A DNA stretch of 57,836 nucleotides, counting the filler, from Platydemus manokwari (Eukaryota): NCBI GenBank assembly GCA_037951405.1. It is 6 parts of 6 records of this genome, joined end to end, with 100 filler letters (N's around TTAATTAATTAA, not from the genome) between each part and the next. Parts side by side here need not be neighbours in the genome. Positions count along the whole stretch, not along the records: positions 47,609 to 57,836 come from JBBMOY011156216.1; 5 more parts are not named here. One strand, given 5' to 3'. Positions 52,330 through 57,836 of this stretch are shown piece by piece. Each line of letters begins with the position of its first letter. Position 1 is the first letter of the stretch. Below the pieces are notes generated by a model. It did not search any database and was not told the origin of the DNA. It saw only the letters and a program-made list of their open reading frames with translations. Both the position numbers and the translations under genes were made by a program.

Positions 52330-54060
52330 AATGATAATAATAAATTTACTGTCTTTCCGACTAAATCTACTAACAAAGCTGAAAATCTGAACTCCCATTC
52401 GCTGAGCAGACTATAAGAAGTTTGCCGCATTGCTTGACTGGGAATCTGCTAATCAAGAACTTGAGACCTCAGCAACTCGGGTCAATCCAAATGTGAACCA
52501 AAAGTCAAGGAATAGCCTTCTAAAGATTCCGAAAACCAATGGGCTCCCATGGTTCTCCATAGTCTTATCTGGCATACTTTGTAAAAATGGGCATTCATGT
52601 ATATACTATTTCTATTATATCTAATGTATATAATAATTACAATACAACTTATAATTGTCTATCAACAGCTACTAATCAAATCCAGCTGGTAAAGGGGTAA
52701 AGAAGCGCTGTCAATTTATGATAACATTGTTTTGTTTTCCTGTTGATTTTATTATCAGTGAAGCATTGAATCTTCATGACGTCAGACTCAACATTCTAGT
52801 CTACGTAGATGACGAATTGGTTGTAGACAATTCAGAATAAAACATCATCTCTGTCCTAGATCGAATTGTGTCTATGGATGCAAGTGTTTATCTTAAATTC
52901 AATCCGTGAACACGAAAGTTTATTGTAAATAAAACTAATTATTCAACACTATTATTATCTTAGAGGACCTAATGATTTTTCAAAGTGTCACGACATTAAA
53001 AATATTGTAGATCTGGCCTTTGCAGATTTTTCTGTGATAGCAGAAAGCTGTCTTTATTCATTTCTCTGGAATTAAAATGTTAACATTTTGTCTTTCATCT
53101 TCGCACAAACAATAATCGCCTAACTCTCTTCCTGACTTGGAATTCAATGAGAAATACGGGCTATACTCAAATGAGTTTGTGTTACTGATAGGCTTCAGTC
53201 TTAAAATAATGCTTTATCTGCACTTCAAGAGAAGTAAGAGGCTTAGGTATTGTATCTTCCCTTTCGCTTTCTAAATAGTAGAGATAAGACATTTGAACAG
53301 GCTGAGCGCTCTGAATAGTTCTGCTTTTTATTCAGGTCAAAGATTCACAAGGCTTGTCGTTTGCTTGAAAATTTTGCATGATTGTGTTAAGCTTCTTCAT
53401 CCAAAATGATGAGCCACCATGAATTGCTTAAGTCGCCATTCTTATTCATTTTGTCGGCTTATTCGATCGAGTGATTTGATGAAAGATTTTCTTGTCTCTG
53501 ATAATGTTTAGAAATTTGTGCTGCGTGCAATCATTTAGAAATGAAATACCAAGCTTTTTGGTTAGTAAAGGGACAAGATTTAAATTGTCTACGTTATAAT
53601 ATACATGTCGAGACCGCTGCACATATTTTTAACCATAACATTTTATTGGAACCTTTTGGGAAATTCTTGAGCAACTTTAGGTTCAATGTTGACATTGACA
53701 TGAGTCTTGTTGAAGTGAACACAAGACTTCTTCCAGATCTTATAATCAAGGATAATAAGAGATAAATGACTCTCCTTCTTGAAACGAAATTATCTCACGA
53801 TTTTGAACTCAACTTTGTTCTGAGTCATGATGACAATCGTACTAAATACGATAAGGTAGTTGAGCTTCTAAGTTCTTTCAATAGTCATTAAGTCTTCATT
53901 GATTTCGACAATTTTGAATGCTTGGGAAAGTGGAGAATGACCGCACTTTACTTTAGTTTGGTCTTAGTCACACTTTTAACTGCCACAGCAGTCAAGGAGC
54001 TTTTCCACATTTATTTTTCTCACACCACTGGAAAGCTCTATAACACACTGACTCTGCCTA
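52330..54060 (+). mobile_element. Decayed, 5'-truncated RLE-type non-LTR retrotransposon (R2/NeSL/Utopia-like): RT + CCHC + restriction-like endonuclease
   Basis: RT motifs at 52500-52930: IAF*RFRK, VLHSLIWHTL, MGI...IISNVY, KGVKKRC....LF...VD, ILVYVDD, LKFNP. RGLGI at ~53236. Zinc knuckle CLRY..VETAAHIFNH. RLE: LLPDLIIKD...LETKLSHD...NRTKY...ECLGKW. Multiple stops and frameshifts. Confidence 0.85.
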
Positions 54061-54971
54061 GTCCGTTAGACCTTAATCCACGAGCAGTTACACAGTTTGC
54101 GTCTCTGATTGTCTTCTGACTTGTAGAGTTATTTTTGTAAATGCCTACTTTTTATTTATCATATTTGGTTTGTTCCTCATTCTCCTTTCTTCCGGATCTG
54201 CTTTTAAATGTTCACACCGAGGACACAAAATTATATATACATATCTAGCTCAGTTTGCTATTAACTAGTATAGTATTTTAGACACTTTTGGCCATTTCTC
54301 AGCCTAACTTGTATAAATAATGGCTCTTTTACTAGTTCTAAGTAGAATAGGAAGTGCTGTATTGAATACATATATGTTAACATAAATACTTTTATGTTAA
54401 CGTTCTGCATCTGGACAGGGACTTTTATTTTTATTTCCTAACATACTTTGTCTACTTCTAACTCGGAAATACTTTGAATAGGGTTTGCAATGAATGAAAC
54501 AATCACTCCATTACTATTGGTATGAAAAACAAATATATATTATTGTAAATCATAATATCAACGTGGTTACAAGCTAATTATAATTTATTTACAAACTAAA
54601 TTAAAACAAATAAAAGCAACACAGCTTTTATACTTGTCTTTTTTTACAGCCAACTCTTGTTCACTGCTGTATCTGTAATCCAGAGTCTACAAACATTATG
54701 TATGTTAGGCTCTGAATCAACATTATAATTTTTTGAATTGAATTTTATTTTCGATGAATTTTGTTTGTATAATTGGGTGCTGATGAGTTACTGCAAAATG
54801 TGGAGTTCATTTTTGGTTGGTTAGTAGACATGCTTTTGAAAACATATAAGTATGTGAGTATGTAAATCTAAGAGGACATGTGCCATTCTTCTATACTCAA
54901 TAGTACTATATGGCACTAATATGGTACTCATATCCATAAAAATTATGTCAATGTATGTGCAATGATTAATA

Positions 54972-56315
54972 TATTGGGATATAGACTCATCTGAGTTCTT
55001 ATAATAATTAAATGAATCTACTCATCTGACTCTTATAATCCATTAAGCACCAAGTAAATCTGAATTATTGTAAGTAAATCTGCCATCAATCCAGCTAATA
55101 ATTCCAATCAATTGTTCAATCTAGTTAATAATCACAATCAATTGTCAATCAGCAGAGTTACCATGTCAGCAGTTCCCTTGAAAGGAGACAATATAGTCCA
55201 AAACAATTTGATTCTGACTCTTGATTTCGGCTGATTTGGAAATCATTTCATTTTACGTTGGAAAAAAATAATTTAATTTTTGCTTTGTTGGTTATTTTTA
55301 TGTATTGATTTATCATGTTTTATTCTGTATTGATTAATAATTAACTTAATTATTGATTTGTTATTTTGTGAATTATTTTATTTGGTATTGATTAATATTT
55401 TACACTTTAGTGATTATTGCTTATTATTTCCACGTAAAAGAGAAGAAGAAATTAAATTGTGGTGGAATAAATAAATACAAAAAATAATTAAATAATATAG
55501 ATAATTAAAAAAAGAAGTGTAAAATCAAATGACGGATAAAGTATGAAAAGAATTTATCTAATTAAACCAACCACCTGTTAAAAATCGATACACACACCTT
55601 ACAAAGACACAATAAAAACACAAGGTAAAAACACCGGTTATAAAAATACATTATAAAGCGACAATCATCGTGACGATTGAACACTACAGGTTAACATGGC
55701 GAAATACGATTGACTACTTCGACTGTCACTACGAATAATCGCGAAGAAAAATCGACTAGTAAAAATTATCCAGTAGACGAATTAATCGATAGAGGATTTA
55801 AAGGAGAGCAGGATTTTAATAATGCCGAGGAAATTTAAATAACAAGCTGAATCAACTGTGCTGAGTAAGATATTTAGTATTTTATACAATATAATTTATA
55901 ATTTTAATTTAAATATAAGCTGCCAGCACATTTTCGTCATCTTCTCCGCTTCGGATTCCCCCAGTAATCTACTTTCGAGGTGCCCTGAGCATTGTCTGCT
56001 AAAGCTATTTTTTCAGTTTTAGTGCCGAATATTGTATCTCTTTTTGGCAATAAATTCATTTGACGAAAATAATTGACTTTTACAGTCCAGTTTTTATCGA
56101 TTATCAACTTTAGGTTAAATACGAGCTATAATACCATCAGTTTGTATTGATTATTTAAATTGATTTTTAATTAAAAAAGGAATTATGGCCTGGTTATTTT
56201 TAGTATCGATTTTGCTATACTCAGTCAGATTGCTTTCAATTTGAATTGAATAAAAATTAATTAGACAATCGGTTTTACCGCTAGTATAGTCCTCATACTC
56301 GCTATTGAAGCTCCT
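54972..56315 (+). mobile_element. Dispersed LTR-like repeat (family A), related to 29740-30542
   Basis: Starts TATTGGGATATAGAC (cf. TGTTGGGATCGAGAC), with blocks shared with contig 4. 56270-56312 also resembles 12547-12592. The 3' boundary is uncertain. Confidence 0.55.
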
Positions 56316-56635
56316 TAGAACCAAAAATAAATAAATTCAAACCTAAATAAATAGACTCCATCATTTTCTTCAAACTTGCTTTAGATAAACTTTTTTATAT
56401 ATTTCATTTTATTAAAACAAATAAAAATAAAATGCAATATAATATCATGTTATCATTGGTGCCAGTTTATGTTGTTCATGGATCAAATCTATCAACATAT
56501 TGAATTGTGATGCATTTGATTTATTTTCTCTCTGATAAATGACAAATGTACAGCAAGGATTTTTCTTATTTTTTTTCAAATTTATTTATAATTTGTTAGA
56601 CTTCACTATTATAATTAGTTTAAACGACAGTTACT

Positions 56636-56910
56636 AGATTCTTATAATATTATTATGAATATTATCAAGTATTATTATGAGTATCATAAAATATTATTAT
56701 GAATATTATCAAAGATTATTATAAATATTATCCAATCTTATTATGAATATTATCAAATATTAATATAAATATTATCAAAAAATAATATAAATATTATCAA
56801 ATATTATTATGAATATTATCAAATAGTATTATAAATATTATCAAATATTAATATAAATATTATCAAATATTAATATAAATATTATCAAATATTATTATGA
56901 ATATTATGAA
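56636..56910. repeat. Minisatellite, ~22-bp unit (ATTATTATGAATATTATCAAAT), ~12 copies
   Basis: Directly visible tandem array with minor variants. Confidence 0.92.
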
Positions 56911-57836
56911 AGCCAAACAAATTTCATTTACGTTCGATCTCTCAGATAATGTCGGAATCGTAAATGTTACAAGAAGAACCTTTAGTGATATTTATGCCTT
57001 GAATAATAAAATGATAACAATCTGATGTAGACAGTGAAAATGTGAAAGATTTGTCAAGCAATGAAAAAATAGGAAATATTATTCTATAACAAATAAAATG
57101 TAACGAATATTGATCGAATCAAATTGCTCTTTGCCACTTATTGGATAAGATTTCCACCAATGAAATTCAAATGCAATAATAATAATATATATTAAAAACA
57201 AAATATTCATTCAAAATATAAAATCTTCAATTTGAAATATGATAAAACAATATTCATTTCAGATCTCGTCGCAAAACCATTTTATTCTCAATCCATGTAT
57301 TCTGCTTATCGATCATTTTCTGCCAGACTTCGACTTCATGGTTTGGTACCAGACGACCACCTGATCAAAGCAAATTATCAACACATAATTCGACTGACAT
57401 TTTTGCATAATTTAAACCACTAATATTTAAATAAATAGAAAATTAATTAATTGGTTTTTAATTAAATAATAATTGATTTGAAATATTACTCAATTATTTT
57501 TATCGATTGTCGAATTATCGCGATAAAGACTTCAAAACAGGAGATGCAAGATTTCGTTTTATGTATAATGTATTATTATTATTATTATTATTAAACTAAT
57601 AATATTATTAAGTTAATCGGAATGAATTTGCTTTCATTAAAAAAGGGGTCCTCGCTAATTTTCTATAAATTGCAATTCGATCTAGTTTGATCCGTTTATA
57701 AAATAATCAAATTTTAAGATTTTTAAGCTCTAGTGTATTTTACATTTGATTTAAACAAATAAAATTCTTCTTAATTACTTAAATAAAAAATTCAAAATGT
57801 TTTTAAAGAATATAATTAAATAAACTATATAGAATT

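Noticed and set aside
56636-56910. Regular repeat array (also 4288-4490) as possible CRISPR
   Set aside because: Head-to-tail AT-rich units with no unique spacers and no cas genes, in a eukaryotic context.
57232-57423. 63-aa ORF with an internal acceptor-like TTTCAG, possible terminal exon
   Set aside because: No recognisable homology and no supportable upstream exons.

Overview
AT-rich eukaryotic (metazoan) genomic DNA. The 41-60 nt GT-AG introns and the repeat content suggest a flatworm/planarian-like genome, which is inference only. The window is not one locus: it is six ~9-10 kb contigs joined by artificial 100-bp linkers (44 N + TTAATTAATTAA + 44 N). Each contig holds one conserved spliced gene, which I reconstructed by hand: UTP20 (5'-partial), STT3 (3'-partial), EPS15/EPS15L1 (complete), GPR107/108 (5'-partial), RhoGAP100F/SYDE-type C2-RhoGAP (internal exons) and PARPBP/PARI (complete). 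Introns and intergenic DNA contain many decayed mobile elements: a Polinton/adintovirus-like protein-primed DNA polymerase remnant preceded by an (AGT)n-tipped fold-back hairpin, Merlin, mariner TIRs, Gypsy pol, a Penelope-like end with a decayed hammerhead, RLE-type (R2/NeSL-like) non-LTR elements, a possible integrase and a possible piggyBac. A group of TGTTGGG-initiated LTR-like repeats appears to carry spliced, codon-conserved exons. I found no tRNA, rRNA or CRISPR array. No intact novel system is demonstrable; the best leads are the hairpin-terminated pPolB element and the exon-bearing LTR-like repeats.
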